A stretch of DNA of 64,000 nt from Felis catus (lineage: Eukaryota). The translations under genes and the position numbers were made by a program. The notes beneath the pieces are model-generated. The model did no database searches. It was not told the origin of the DNA and was given only the letters and a program-made list of their open reading frames with translations. Position 1 is the first letter of the stretch. Every line of letters begins with the position of its first letter. Location of the stretch: positions 117,740,001 through 117,804,000 of the forward strand of contig NC_058373.1 of assembly GCF_018350175.1 (NCBI RefSeq), written 5' to 3'. Shown piece by piece: positions 50,908-63,335 of this stretch.

Positions 50908-50948
50908 CTTGGTGGAGGGCTTTGAGTTATGCTTTTGTTTGTAAGTCT
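50908..50948 (-). other. DPF3: Candidate alternative 41-nt DPF3 microexon, (K)TYKQKHNSKPSTK
   Basis: Strong polypyrimidine acceptor ctttctttctctgtttcag|AG and donor AAG|gtactt; phase-1 entry gives a peptide resembling the DPF2 alternative exon (recalled as NSFKQKHTSKAPQR); 41 nt, so not frame-preserving. Confidence 0.65.
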
Positions 50949-50990
50949 CTGAAACAGAGAAAGAAAGAGGATGAATCTTCAGGAGACCAA

Positions 50991-51031
<41 letters not shown>
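50991..51031. repeat. (GA)n microsatellite; reads (CU)n in DPF3 pre-mRNA
   Basis: Direct inspection. Confidence 0.95.
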
Positions 51032-51033
<2 letters not shown>

Positions 51034-51309
51034 AGAAGAAAGCCACCAAGGAGGCACTGCCAGAGAAAGGGGGCCGGCATCAAAGGCAGGAGGCCTCCCT
51101 GACTTGCTTGTCCCTCATGCACAAACACCTGGGCGGGCGGGTGGCAGCAGCAGGAGGTGGTGACTTTGCTGACAGGGCAGGCATGCGAGCTGGGGTGCAG
51201 GCCCAAGAGGAGGAGCCAGCGAGGCCGAGGCTGGGGGCGGACAGCCAGGGAAGCACAGGGAAGGGGGTGCTGGGGGCAGGGGCAGGAAGGCGGCATCTGC
51301 CGTACTTAC

Positions 51310-51388
51310 TGTCACAGACGTAAGGTTTGTCATGGTCTTCCTGAGAGGCGGCGTCGTGCCTCCTCCTGCCACCTGCAGAGCCACGGGC
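51310..51388 (-). CDS. DPF3: DPF3 coding exon (exon 6 equivalent), 79 bp, ARGSAGGRRRHDAASQEDHDKPYVCD; contains first Cys of the C2H2 finger
   Basis: Acceptor ...ccccag|GCC, donor GACA|gtaagt; phase 0/1; matches DPF3. Confidence 0.97.
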
Positions 51389-52576
51389 CTGGGGAGACAA
51401 GGGGGGGGGGGGCGGAACCAGGAGGCTTGTTATCGTAACGGTTACAACAGCTCCTGAGCACACACTCTGTGAGGCCCTGGGCATCGCACCTACATCTCCT
51501 CATTCAATCTTCCTCACAACATTTGAACCAATACTGACCCCATTTTACAGGCCAGGAAACTTGAGGCCCAGAGAGGCCCAGGTAACTTGCCCCGGAACAC
51601 TCAGCTAGTCACGCGTATCATCTCATTAAATGTTCGCAACTCCAAGAGAGGTCCTACTATGACCTCCGTCTTACAGATCGGGAGGCCGAGGCAGCAGCCC
51701 GTTAAGTAGCTTGCCCAGGGTCACTCAGCTACCAAGTGCAGAGCCAGGCCGGAAACGACAGTCTGACAGCAAAGCCTACATCTGCCCGATCCCCCTACTC
51801 TACTGTTGCCACAAGGACCCCCTCCTCCAACCGCTTAGCCTTCTAGCTTCATCGACCCCACATGGAGATGCCCACCCCGCTCCCCTCAGCTGACCGGATG
51901 ACGGCAGATCGGGAGCAGAGGCCGTGTGCCCGCAGTCATCACCCCAGGCGCACGCTGTCCCCTGCAAGTCTCTTAAGAGCCAGCCAGCCCTGGCATCTGG
52001 GCCTAGGGCGTGAGCCCGGGCATGGCGCGGAGCTCCCTCTGGCCTGCTCGGCCTACCCTGTGGGGGTGAGCTTCAGCTGAGGCCTCCCTGTGTGGTCTGC
52101 CTCAGGCCTCCAGCCAGTGACAGAGACCTTGACGCCTCACAGTCTCCTGGGGCTGGACTCCCGATACCACCACCCTGCGTGCACCTCCAGAAAGGGTCGG
52201 CGTACCCAGGGGTGGGGCTGGGCTGAGCTCTACCTCCAAAGATAGAGGAGAGCAGCCAAGAGGGTGCTGGCAACTCTGCAGCCCCAGGACGGTGGCTACA
52301 GAACGCGGCAAGGTTTATTTTTAAACCTTTATAAGTCCCACATGGTCACGTGGGTAGCACCCTGGCCTCCTCCGGGTCATTCTCTGGTAATGAGTAGCAG
52401 TAAACGCCCAACCAGGGAAAGGGCCTGCTGGGGTCTTTGGGGACAGAGAAGGAGACGCAGCAGATGAGAAATAAAACATGGCAGCCACCTGGGGTGCGGG
52501 GGGGAAACGGGGCAGTCCCCTGGGCTGGGCCTGGACAAGTGGCCCTGGAGATTTCAGGGTCAAAGGCCTGTGGCTG

Positions 52577-52605
<29 letters not shown>
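52577..52605. repeat. (CA)n microsatellite
   Basis: Direct inspection. Confidence 0.9.
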
Positions 52606-52607
<2 letters not shown>

Positions 52608-54789
52608 CACGCACACTCTCTCACTCACTGGGGATTTCACAACGGAAAGGCCTGTACCCCAGGCCTGTGATGTTCACACACTCTCAAAAAACACACACAC
52701 TTCACAGTCAACACCACCTGCTAAGCTACCACCTCCACCATCGCCTCAGCTTGTCTCTCTCCAAAACAAATTACAGAATTCCACCCCCCTCCTTCCCTCC
52801 CTCCCACCGCTTTGCCTCTCTGCCTCCCCACCCCCCATCCGGGCACAAGGCCGGGCGACAGCCAGCGGCCCCCTCCCCTGGCCCTCATCACTCAGAGTTG
52901 ACCTGAAGAGGGAGCTGTGAGGTGCTGCGGTCACCCCCAGGCACTGACAGGCCTCCCTGCCTGCCCAGGACGACGACGACACGGAGGCTGGTCACCCTCA
53001 GCTGCCCTCGCCGCCACCCCCCCCCACGCCCCCACGGTGAAGCCAGGGACAGCTTGACGTGTGCAGCCCGCAGCCCTGTCACAGCCGCCTGGAGCAGGTG
53101 AAAGCAACTGAAGCAGAATGACAAGCCAGCAGCAGACGCGGGGAAGGGGCTCTGAGAGACTAAAAATACCGCCTGGGAGAAGAGGAGGAGATAGGACAGT
53201 GCGCACTCCTGGGGGCCGGCCAGCAGGAGGGGGAGGGGCGCACTGAAAGCCAGGGTCGGGTTTCACTCTGCAGGGCTGACCAGCGAGGTCACTTCCACAC
53301 TCTCCTTGCACCTTGGTTTCCTCAACTGCAAAATGGGCACGTGCAGGGAACTCTTCCTGGGGCAGCGTTACTCCTAGGGTCTCCTGGAATCGCCCAAACT
53401 TGCAAACTCAGAATCCTGCTGGTCTTTTTCAGGGGTCACGTCCTCAGAGAAGCCCTTCCTGACCAACCTATATCCACTCGCACCCTACTCCATCGTTCTC
53501 CTCTCCCTGCCCTGCTTTGTTTGGTCCCAGCACTTAGCACCGTCTGACATTATATTATTCCGTCTCCCCAACAAGAATATAGAAAACACATCTATGTGGG
53601 CCACGCTAGACTCAGAACCTGGCACAGGGCCAGCCACTTAAGGCGCACTTAATAAACCTTTGCTGAATCAATCAGTCAGTCAGCGAGTCAATCATCTTCA
53701 GTCCTTCTCCTTCATTCTTTCTACCCAAGTGCTACGGTTTCTTGCCTCCAAGGCCATCTTGGGCTTTGCATTTCCCTTCTATTCCACATTTTAATCCAGG
53801 AGCTCATCAACAGACCCCTGAACTGCTCCAAGAACCCACCAGCTGGGGTCCTACCTCTGCACTGCCCTTCCCAATCCAAATGCATGACCCCCAGACCAGT
53901 TAGACAAAAGGAGTAAATGACAGAGCCCATAGTCATTTATTCATTCATTCATTGCCATCTAAAGACCACTGACACATCCAACAGCAACCTGGTGCTAAAT
54001 CCATCAGGTTCACCTCATGCTCATGCTATGTCCTTGTCTTTGTTTTTATTGATCCCTGTCAGGGACCAGCCTCTGCTCTGCCACCCACACTGGTCCATGC
54101 TTTAGCCCCACTAACATCCACTCCTCCAAGAACCTTCCTCCTGCCAAATCGAGGAGTAAAAAGAGCATCCACGTTAAAGTCAGACAGGCATAGGTTTAAA
54201 CACCAGCCATGTGTCTTTAGACAAGTTACTTCTCTAAATTTTAATTTTCTCAACTGTCAAATGGGCACAGAAACACCTTTACTGCAGAGTTGCTGAGAGC
54301 GTTTGCGCCGAGAGCGTGTGAAACCACAGGGGATAGCGCCCCGTCCACAGGAAGTGCTCGATAAATTATTTCCCCTTCTTGCCCAAGCTGATCTCTTCTC
54401 TCTCCTCCGAACTTTTATTGCATTTCGTTAGTGCACAGGCAGAAGCCTGCTGTTTTCTAATTGTATCATGGCTATTAGTATTTTCTCCTCAATTTAATCC
54501 CGAGGTCCTTAAAAGCAAAGACGGCATTTCATACGTTATTATGAGCCCCCAACACTTAGATCTATGCTGGGGACACAGCATCCAAAGCTCTTGCACACGT
54601 ATTAAGTTCAATTCATTCCTACAATGCACCGTGAGTTACAGAGGGTAACATTATTCCCATTCCCATTTGGCACTCGATGAAACCATCTCTAAAAGGGTTT
54701 ATGATTCGTCCACAGTCACAGGGTCAGTAGAAGGAGCAGGATCTAGGTTTCCAGACTCTGTTCTCTAAACTTTTAAAGCTGACTGTCCA

Positions 54790-55290
54790 AAAGAAACCAG
54801 TCCTGCCTCTCTGAGAACTGTCCACCCCATTCCACTCCTCATCATTCAGATACTGGTAAGCCACGACAGCCATGATTGTACCACATAGCCCAGCCCCACT
54901 GGCCACAGTGGATTGGCTGGCTCAGGAGTCACATGACCTAAGCTGGGCTAATCAGATTCTACCTATAAAGGATTTGGAGCTGGGAAAATGACTCCAGTGG
55001 TGCGCACACACACTTGAACTGGCAACCCATCTATTCAGGAGCTAGGAAGCCATGCGCACAGAGAAGCAGGAAACCATCTTTTGGTAGAAAAATAAAGAAG
55101 TAGAGGCCACCCGCTGCCTGGGTTCCTTATTCTTTCCCAGTCCTAAGTCCCTGCCATTTTCTTGCCCTTCCTAAGGGTTGCATCTTCAAAGATTGCTCAT
55201 ATTTGGGGCAATGACCCGGCAGCTTTTCAAATACTCCACATTTTTGCCGAAGCTGTTGCGTTTCTTGCAATTAAAAGACCCTCGACTAGC
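54790..55290. mobile_element. Old MaLR LTR fragment (MLT1K/L-like)
   Basis: ggccacagtggattgg..acatgacctaagctgggctaatcaga motif. Confidence 0.45.
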
Positions 55291-55319
55291 ACACGCTCAG
55301 AGAGCTAGTTCCTCTATAA

Positions 55320-55890
55320 GAGTTTTCTCAAGTGATGGTCCAGGGTTCCCTGGGATCTTTGAGACCCTTTCTGCTATCAAAACTATTTTCGTAACAGTAC
55401 CAAATAGCACTAGAATGTTACTTGAAACTTTACACTCTCAATTCTCTCACAAGTGCACGGTGAGAGTTTTCCTGAGGCTACCTGACATGATAATGTCATC
55501 ACTCCGTGTGCTGGTGTATTCTGAAGGTTAACATTTTTTTCTGCCTTAATTTCTAGTATGGTAAGTATCGCTGGTTATAAACCACCAGAACAATAGCTTT
55601 GGGGGGCTCTCAGTAATTTTTCAGTAAAGAATTCCTGAGAAACGCCCCTGCAAAAACAAAACAAAACAAAACCAAAAACCCTGAGAACCACAGCTCCACA
55701 TCCTTGCTGTTTAAAGTGTGGCCCTCAGACCAGCAGAGCTGGCATCACCTGGGAGCTTGTTAACCAGGCAAAATCTCAAAATCTCAGCCCTCCCCCCCAC
55801 CCCCCAGACCCACTGTGTTAGAATTTGCACTTTAACAAGATCACCATGTGCTTCGTATGCACATTACAGTTTGAGAAACATTGGACTGCA
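55320..55890. mobile_element. hAT-Charlie-type MITEs (a ~370 bp element followed by a MER5A-like copy at ~55705-55890)
   Basis: ttttctcaagtg..ctgagaaccac termini; ggcatcacctgggagcttgtta motif. Confidence 0.55.
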
Positions 55891-56932
55891 CCACTGTGCA
55901 TCAATACATCGTTACTGATTGATTGATTGACTGATTGATAATACTCACATGGATGCCTTCCAGCAATTTCATGAATTTTAAAGAGCCTGGATTTCTTGGG
56001 CTAAAGTTACCATAGACACAGTCATTAATTGTTGGGCCTGAATTTCCCTCACCCCTCAGGGTATCTCCATTGTCAAAGCTCCAAGAGTTGTTCCTTTACA
56101 CCCACTGAACAATGTCTAGCCTTTATTAAGCACTCAGAATCGGCTGTGTATTATTTCTCACATTTTAATTATGAAAAACTGAGGCCCAGAGTGCTTACAT
56201 AATTTTATCAAGATGATGAGGTTAACATTACTTCACCCAATGTCTAGTAAATAAATGGTGGAGCTAGGATTTGAACTCCTGGTTCAAAGAAGGCAGAGGC
56301 TGTTCTTATAATCACTACCTTACCCTTGGCTTCCTCAGTGGGCACACAGAGCACCTGGGGATCTTGTCAAAGTGCAGGCTCTAATTTGGTCCATCTAGGG
56401 TGGAGTCCAGGGTCTGGCATGTTTGACAAGCTCCCAGGTGATCCTGAGGCTGCAGTCCAGGAGCCACACATTGAGTGTGTGTATGGCCTTGCTGCCTGTC
56501 AGTCCTCACAACAGAAATGCTCTCTAGGAACCAGCAGCAGCTTGAATATGCCACTTAAAAGGGTAGTTTAACTGAGGCTGTGGGTGAGGCAGCTTCACAC
56601 TTTTATTCCAGCATAGGCAGGTTCACCCACACTCTTCTGGGTCATCGCATGGCTTCCACCATGGGTGACAGGTGCACAGTGTCACTGCACAACATAGAGC
56701 CCTTCAGCGGCCCCATGGCTAGCATCAAGTAGGCCTGGAGTTAGTCTAGGCCCCATCCAGCTCCCTTACTGTGTTCAAGCCTTCTCTCAACTCCCACAAA
56801 GTTGAAATATAGCTTTTCTTTCTTTCTCATCATTCAGTCATTCATTCAACATGCTGGTCTTTGGCCATATTATGGGCACGGGGCCAGGCATGACTCGGTG
56901 GCAAAAGCACAGACCTGTGTTCGAATGCTGAC

Positions 56933-57190
56933 TTTTTTTTAAATTCATTTTTTAAAATCTTATTATTATTTTTTTTTTTAGAGAGAGAGAGTGTGCGCAA
57001 GCAGGGAAGAGGGGTAGAGGGAGGGAGAGAGGGAGAGACAGAGAGACAGAGAGACAGAGAGAGAATCTCAAGCAGGCTCCATGCTCAGTGAGGAGCCCAA
57101 TGCAGGGCTTGATCCCACAACCCTAGGACCATGACCTGAGCTGAAATCAAGAGTCAAGACGCTCAACCAACCGAGCCACCCAGGCGCCTC
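56933..57190 (-). mobile_element. Can-SINE (older subfamily)
   Basis: T-rich tail, GA-rich tract, ends ccacccaggcgcctc; TSD-like ctgactt on both sides; splits a MIR. Confidence 0.9.
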
Positions 57191-57278
57191 CTGACTTCTT
57201 TTTTACTAGATTAGACGACCTTGAGCAAGTTACTTAATCTCTCTGAGAGTGATAATACCAATTTATGGGAACGAAAGA

Positions 57279-57545
57279 AGTGTTGGCCAATAGAAATATA
57301 ACATGAGCCACACACGTCATTTCAAATTTTCTAGTAACCACATTTTTCAAAAAGAGTAAAAAGAAAAACAGGTACAATTAATGTTACTAATATATTTTAT
57401 TTAATCCACGATATCCAAACTATTATCATATTAATAGAAAAATATTCATGAGATGCTTTGCATTCTTTCCTACTAAATGTTCAAAATCTGGGGCATATTT
57501 GACATTTACAGCACATTTTACTTGGAACTGGCAGTATTCTAAGTT
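57279..57545. mobile_element. MER33-like hAT DNA transposon fragment
   Basis: ccaatagaaatataacatgagccaca..aaattttctagtaaccacatt motif. Confidence 0.7.
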
Positions 57546-58009
57546 TTCATTGTAAAGAGCCTCATCACATGGCCCAGTGTCCAGAAAGTACACGGTGAGT
57601 ACACAGTGACTGCTGCTGTCACTGCTGTGTTCTTACAGAGGAGACACCCAGCTCATATCCATGCACTTTTGAGTTCAATCATCTAGATTTAGCTTGGGAA
57701 TAGAGAAAACATGAAGAGGACCACTCTCTACAATCTACTCAAGGAACTTTGGTTTGGGGTGAGGGAAGGGATAGAAGCAAGCCTGGAGGCACACAGCTCT
57801 TGGAGTTTGCAAAAGGCCCAGAAACCCTAAAGCCTCCTCCAATGACGGAATTGGGTATTCACTATTTTGTAGCCCCCAGTGAAGTCATGGGTCTAGGCAA
57901 GTTTACCCATAGCTGCTGAAGCAACCAGATGGAAACTTGATGGGGAACCTTTTAAGGAGAGATCAGGCTGACAATACCCAAATCCACTGATCCATTTTTC
58001 CCCAAGACA

Positions 58010-58590
58010 GAACAGCTGGACAACATGTACCTCCTCATGTAATGCAGTAAGAAGCACAGGGAAGATTCTTGCCCCACCAAAAAAAAATTTACACATACAC
58101 AAATACCCTGAATCTAATCAGGTCTCTAATCAAACCACCAGTTTTCAGGAAATAAAGAGGATACATTAAATACCACCAATCCACCAAACCTAGAATGTGG
58201 GAAATTCTACAAGACGAACCACCCAAGTTTTTCAATGAATAAATGATGTGGAGAAGAAAAAAATATGTATGCGTGTGGTGGGGTAGAGCAAGGAAGAGGT
58301 ATGGAACAAAAGAGGCTTATGTTTCAAACAAACCAACTGTAAAAAGGCACTTTTGAGGAAATCATCAGGGACTAGATAGTAGATATTAGAGTAGTTGTTA
58401 TTTGTACTGGGTATAATAATGATATTTGTTAGAGATATACTCTGAGGTATATGCAGGTTAAATGACAAAATGCCTATGACTTCCTTTCACATATTCTTCC
58501 AAAAATTAAATAAATATATAAACCAACAACAAATGGGAGTAAAGAACAAATAAAACAAGATCATTACTGAAGCTGGCTGGTGACTATAAA
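58010..58590 (+). mobile_element. Old L1M 3'UTR fragment
   Basis: ccctgaatctaatca, cctagaatgtgggaaattctacaagac motifs. Confidence 0.6.
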
Positions 58591-58664
58591 AGGCGTGACG
58601 CATGACAGGGTTGCCCTGCCCAGCCTGAGAAATTCCAGCCCCATCAGCAAGTCAGAGCATCTGA

Positions 58665-58850
58665 GCTCAATGTGGGCAAAACTGGACTGCTTGCACCATT
58701 CACCTAGGAACTTGCTTATGATACAGCTTTCCAGGCCCTACCCTAGACCTCCTAAATCAGAACTTCTGGGAGTAGGGTCCTGGGAATGTGCATTGCAATA
58801 GGCGCCCCTGGTGATTTTGATGTATACTAAAGCACAAGAAGCACGGGAAT
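58665..58850. mobile_element. MER5-like MITE
   Basis: cacctaggaacttg..ccctagacctcctaaatcagaacttctggg..ggtgattttgatg. Confidence 0.6.
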
Positions 58851-59725
58851 AGAGAGGCTTGCCATAATTATCACGGGACCCAAACCCACAGGGCACCCAG
58901 GACTGGCCTCTTATCCATGGGAGGGGTAAGGATCCTGTCCAGAGACTGAAGGAGCCAGAAGACTAAAGACCAATTCTCTAGATGGAAAGAAAGCTTATCC
59001 TTGGAGGTCCCTTGTCACCTGGTTATTTTCAGACGCCCTTGCAGACCCCTGAGGATGACTGCCAAAAGCCTACTGGGCTTGGATACGAGCACTCTGGAGA
59101 AGCAACCTGCATGTCTGAGAGCACCACTCAGGCTTGGGTCCCTCCCCTCAAGGACCACTCCCATAGGTTTATACCTTCCACCTTGGATTTTTCATCTGCC
59201 CATTTCCCAGGCTCCTGGCCTCCTCTTGCCACATCCCGGGCCCACACCAAAAGCCCATGCCCCACCCATGTGGAAACCATTCATGGCCCCCCTGCTTTCC
59301 CAGCATGATTCTACTCTCCACCTAGTGAAACATACCCCAAAGCAGGTGTCCTGACCTTGTCACTCTGGGGCAGCCCCAGGGATAGGAAAATTCAGCCTTC
59401 TTTTAAGACCAAGTAATGGGTCCAAAAGTCACTTTCTCCTCATCCTCTACCCTTCTACAGACCCCACCCCAACCCTCCCAGGACCCTCACTGTCCCCTCA
59501 GGTTACCTTCTCCCACTTCCTCTCCCTCCTTTAAGGGCTGAACTCTTACAGGCTATCACCAGGGGTCAGAGCTCTTCTGGCATTTTCTTCTCTGAGTATT
59601 CATCAAGGGAGGCTGTGTACATGAGCTTTGTCTGCTTGAAGTGGGACTCTGGGTCTGGGGACCAGTTGTGCTTCCACCCTCAGTCTCCCTTATCTCTTCC
59701 CTCCATCATGGCGTCTCCAGCTTAC

Positions 59726-59821
59726 CCGTCCTCTGGTCCTATTCTTTCGCTTGGGAATATCCTCTTCTAAATCTTCTTCTTCATTTCCTTCTTCTACATT
59801 TTCATCATTTTCCAAAACCCT
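59726..59821 (-). CDS. DPF3: DPF3 coding exon (human exon 5 equivalent), 96 bp, RVLENDENVEEGNEEEDLEEDIPKRKNRTRGR
   Basis: Minus-strand acceptor ...ttttcag|AGG and donor CGG|gtaagc; phase 0/0; translation matches the DPF3 acidic/NLS segment as recalled. Confidence 0.97.
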
Positions 59822-60849
59822 CTGAAAAGACAAGAAAATAAACAAAAGAGTTGAGAAATAAAATGCAAAGGAGAAAGCCATCCAGGGGTGATTTGGGTGG
59901 GTGGGGGGGGGGTCTGTTTTGTTGTTATGTTTTAACAAAACAAGACGCTGCCATTGCTTGGGAAGCAGGGCCTCCGAGATGCTGCCCAGAGTCTGAGCTC
60001 TTGGCGGTAACAACTCTCTCAAACCCTTGGGCCCCTTCCAGCCCAATCCTCCCAGAACACTGACTTTTTTCAACTATTTTTACCCAAGAAACATTTTCTA
60101 AAAAGAGAATACTCTGGTAGAGGCACTTCTCTATGTGGACCCAAGATGTTTTTCAAAACTTAACTTTTTTAATGTAATTTTCCTTTGTTCCTAAATACGA
60201 AAATATGTTCCTTCTTTCTCTGCCATTCTGGAACCCTGCCCTGTTTGATGAAAACAAGTAACTTCCTGTTCATCTGACCAGAATTTGACATTAATGTGTT
60301 GTTCTTAATCGTCCATTGTTTTTTTTTTAAGAAAAATGGGTTTTCATTACAGCACATTACTTGTAACGAAAGCTTAAAGATCATGAATTTAATTATCACT
60401 CTCCAATAGCCCTGTGAGTCACATAGCAGCAGAGAATCCAATTCCCATTTTGCAGGTGAATAAACTGAGGCTAAAAGCAGTTTTGATTGCCCAAGGTCGT
60501 ACAGTGAATCCAAGACCAAAGTCAAGTCAGGTTCATCAGCCCAGAGTTTTCTGTTCATTTCTCAGCCCTATGCCTGAAGATTGAGGTATATTATGTAGAC
60601 CCTTCCTGTAGGGACATGAACACTTCATTCCCTTTGGGAGTGGGGAGGACAGGTAAGGTGTGTACTTCTAGATTTGGGGGAGAAATGAAAGACTGTGGCA
60701 GAGGACCCAGCTCCCCAAAGTGAAAGGGGGACGGAGCTCACTGGACTCCATGTCTGGGGCCCTAGGAGCTTCTTTATGGACTCACTGTGTGACTTTGGGT
60801 GAGTCATCATGTCTTCGTGCCTCAGTTTCCCCAATTATAAAATAGGAAT

Positions 60850-61350
60850 TCATTTATTCATTCAATCAACAAACATGTGTCTAGTGCTGACTACATGGCT
60901 GTACTACATGCTAGACAAGCCACAGAATGACTACAGTCAGGCCTGGCCCTAAAAAGATTCCACAGCATAGTGAAGGGAAAACATATTTAAATAAAAACCA
61001 CAACCATATAGTTACTACTGCCATAAATGCAGTGATGGGCAGGTGCAAGCTGCTAGGAGAGGCTGTTAGAGGGAATTTTACCTAATCTGAGGGTCAGGAG
61101 AGGCTTACCTGAGGAAGTGACCTAAGAGAGTTGAGATGTAAAGGATGAGCAAAGACTAGCCTGGGGAATGGGGATGGAGGGCACGGTGGGAAGGAAAGTA
61201 TTCTGGGCAGAGGGAACATCATGAGCAAACTCCCGGAGGGAGGAAGAGGAATTTGGCTTGTCCACGTTGCAGAAAGAGGCAAGTGTGACTAGAGCTCAGT
61301 GACTCAGAGAGAGACTCGTATGAGATGAAGCTAGAAGAAAGGCAGGTACC
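60850..61350 (-). mobile_element. L2 LINE 3' fragment. Other L2 pieces at approx. 2760-3010, 42220-42560, 53430-53680, 62630-62895, 63340-63730
   Basis: attcattcaatcaacaaacat tail; ctgaggaagtgac..gagttgagat..aaaggatgag..ttctgggcagagggaaca motif. Confidence 0.65.
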
Positions 61351-62899
61351 ATATTATACATGATAACAGCATCCATCCATGCTTGTGATGGCGTGATAAT
61401 CACACAAGCTATGAAAAGGCTTACAAGCAGCACACACTGCACTGACATGTGGTCTCACCATCACTGCTCAGGTAGCCTCCTGGACAACACCTCTGGCCTG
61501 TCTTCCAAGCAGGAAGCCCAGGAGTGAGTTTCCAGGTACCTTCTCCCACTGCCTTCGTGTCGGAGTTCTCTCCCAACCACAGGGGTTCACATAAGGTCTA
61601 CATAATATACCTCAATTTACTAGATCAAAACAGATTAGTAAATTCTCCGGCTTCTCTACTGGGCTTACTTGGGAAGCCATCAGCTGACAGCACATGGGGG
61701 TTCTCAAGGCCAACCACAGCCATCCAACAGAGAAGCAGCTCTGTCTGCTAGACACGACCTGTGGCCCATAGCTAGAAAACATCGGCCCAGGTCCCAAGCA
61801 AGCCTCCTAGGCTCTCTGCATCTTGGCTCCCTGAACCATCAGTGGGAACACAAGTGAAAGTCAAGCAAGACAATGACAAGTCAAATGCTCTGCAGACTTT
61901 GGTGAAAAGATGCAGTGTAAATATCAGGTGTTGTTGTTATGACTGTTGTTGCTGTTCAAACAGCTGTCCTGCCAACTTCCGGGTCTTGAAGTCATTTAAT
62001 CATGGCGAGTTCCGAGTGCCTCATATTTAAAGGTCATTGCCTCTGGCATCTTGTACAATATGACTCCACTCTCATTTTTTATTATGAAGGGATTTATGAC
62101 CTGCAATATGGACTCAGGGTTGGAAGATAAAACACTGGTTGAAGGCTGCTGAGTTAGTCTCCAGGAGTGCCGCCTGGCCTCGATGTCCGGAAGTAAAATG
62201 ACTTCTCCCTCTCTCTTCCCATTGGTCTCTCGGTGTCTTGAGAACCACTATGCTGTGCCCCAGGCTTCAGATGTGACAGCAGCCACCCCAGTGTGTTTGC
62301 ATTTCCTGCAATGTGGCCCCGACACCCAGAAGCCTCTCTGCATAACTAGGGAGGAGCCAGGAGTCCCTAACAAACAAAGCTCGCATTCAGGGCTCAGGAA
62401 GCAGAGGGGGCGTCCTGTGCAGAGGAGTCGAGGGCCGGGATCCAACTTAGATGCAGCTGATCCCCCACTAACATACTTGCATTCTCTGCCCAAGGACATT
62501 ATCTGGAAAATAAACACATTTTAAAATAACTTTTCTCCCTGTTACTCTAAACAGTCTTTACGGTGATGATAACAATGGTTTGTGGTTGTGTTTAAAAAAG
62601 AAGAAGGAATGCCTTTTAAAGACTCCATTATCTCTGGCCTGGAACACTGCAAAGCCTCCTAACTGATTTCTCTCCCCCCCACCGGCCCCGTGTCCAGTCT
62701 CCTTTCCAGGCAGTAGCCAGAGGGATCTTGAAGAAACACATATTCGCTCCCCTGGTTAAAATGGCTTCCTTTTTCACTCCCATGAAATCATGTCCTGAGA
62801 AGCCAGAGTGGTTTGACCCTGCCAGCCCCTCCTACTCCATTCTAGGCCCTTCCCCCCACCGGCACGGTCCTCTAAGCCACACAGGCCTTCTGTCGAAAT

Positions 62900-63335
62900 T
62901 TTTTTCCCGTTTTTCTTTTTATTTCTTGACCTACAATATTACATCAGTTTCAGGTGAACAACATCATGATCTGACATTCTCTGGCAACCACCAATCTGTT
63001 CTCTGTATCTATAAGTCTGGTTCGGTTTTGTTTGTTCTGTTTTTTAGATTCCACATATAAGGGAAATCGTGTGGTATTTGTCTTTCTCTGATTTATTTCA
63101 CTTAGCATAATGTCCTCAAGGTCCATCCGTGTTGTCACAAGTGGTAAGATTTCATTCTTTTTCAGAGCGGAGTAGTATTCCATTGTGTATATATACCACA
63201 TCTTCTTTATCCATTCAGTTGGCCATCTCTATGTCTTCTTTGGCAAAATATCTGTTCAGGTCCTCTGACCATTTGGAATTGAATTGTTTGGGGGTTTTGT
63301 TGTTGTTGTTGTTATTGAGTTCTATGAGTTCTGCA
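62900..63335 (-). mobile_element. LINE-1 3' fragment with internal deletions, inserted into an L2
   Basis: Reverse L1 3' motifs; ORF-track peptide MWYIYTMEYYSALKKNEIL is the L1 ORF2 C-terminus. Confidence 0.88.

Noticed and set aside
59690..59725. Read-through after the first exon giving VSWRRHDGGKR, echoing RRRHD of the next exon
   Set aside because: A canonical donor is present; the 4-residue similarity is compatible with chance
51389..59725. Search for the extra 13-aa exon recalled from chicken Cer-d4 (PKTPTWKKIFQKN) in this intron
   Set aside because: No convincing match by eye; a tBLASTn search would settle it
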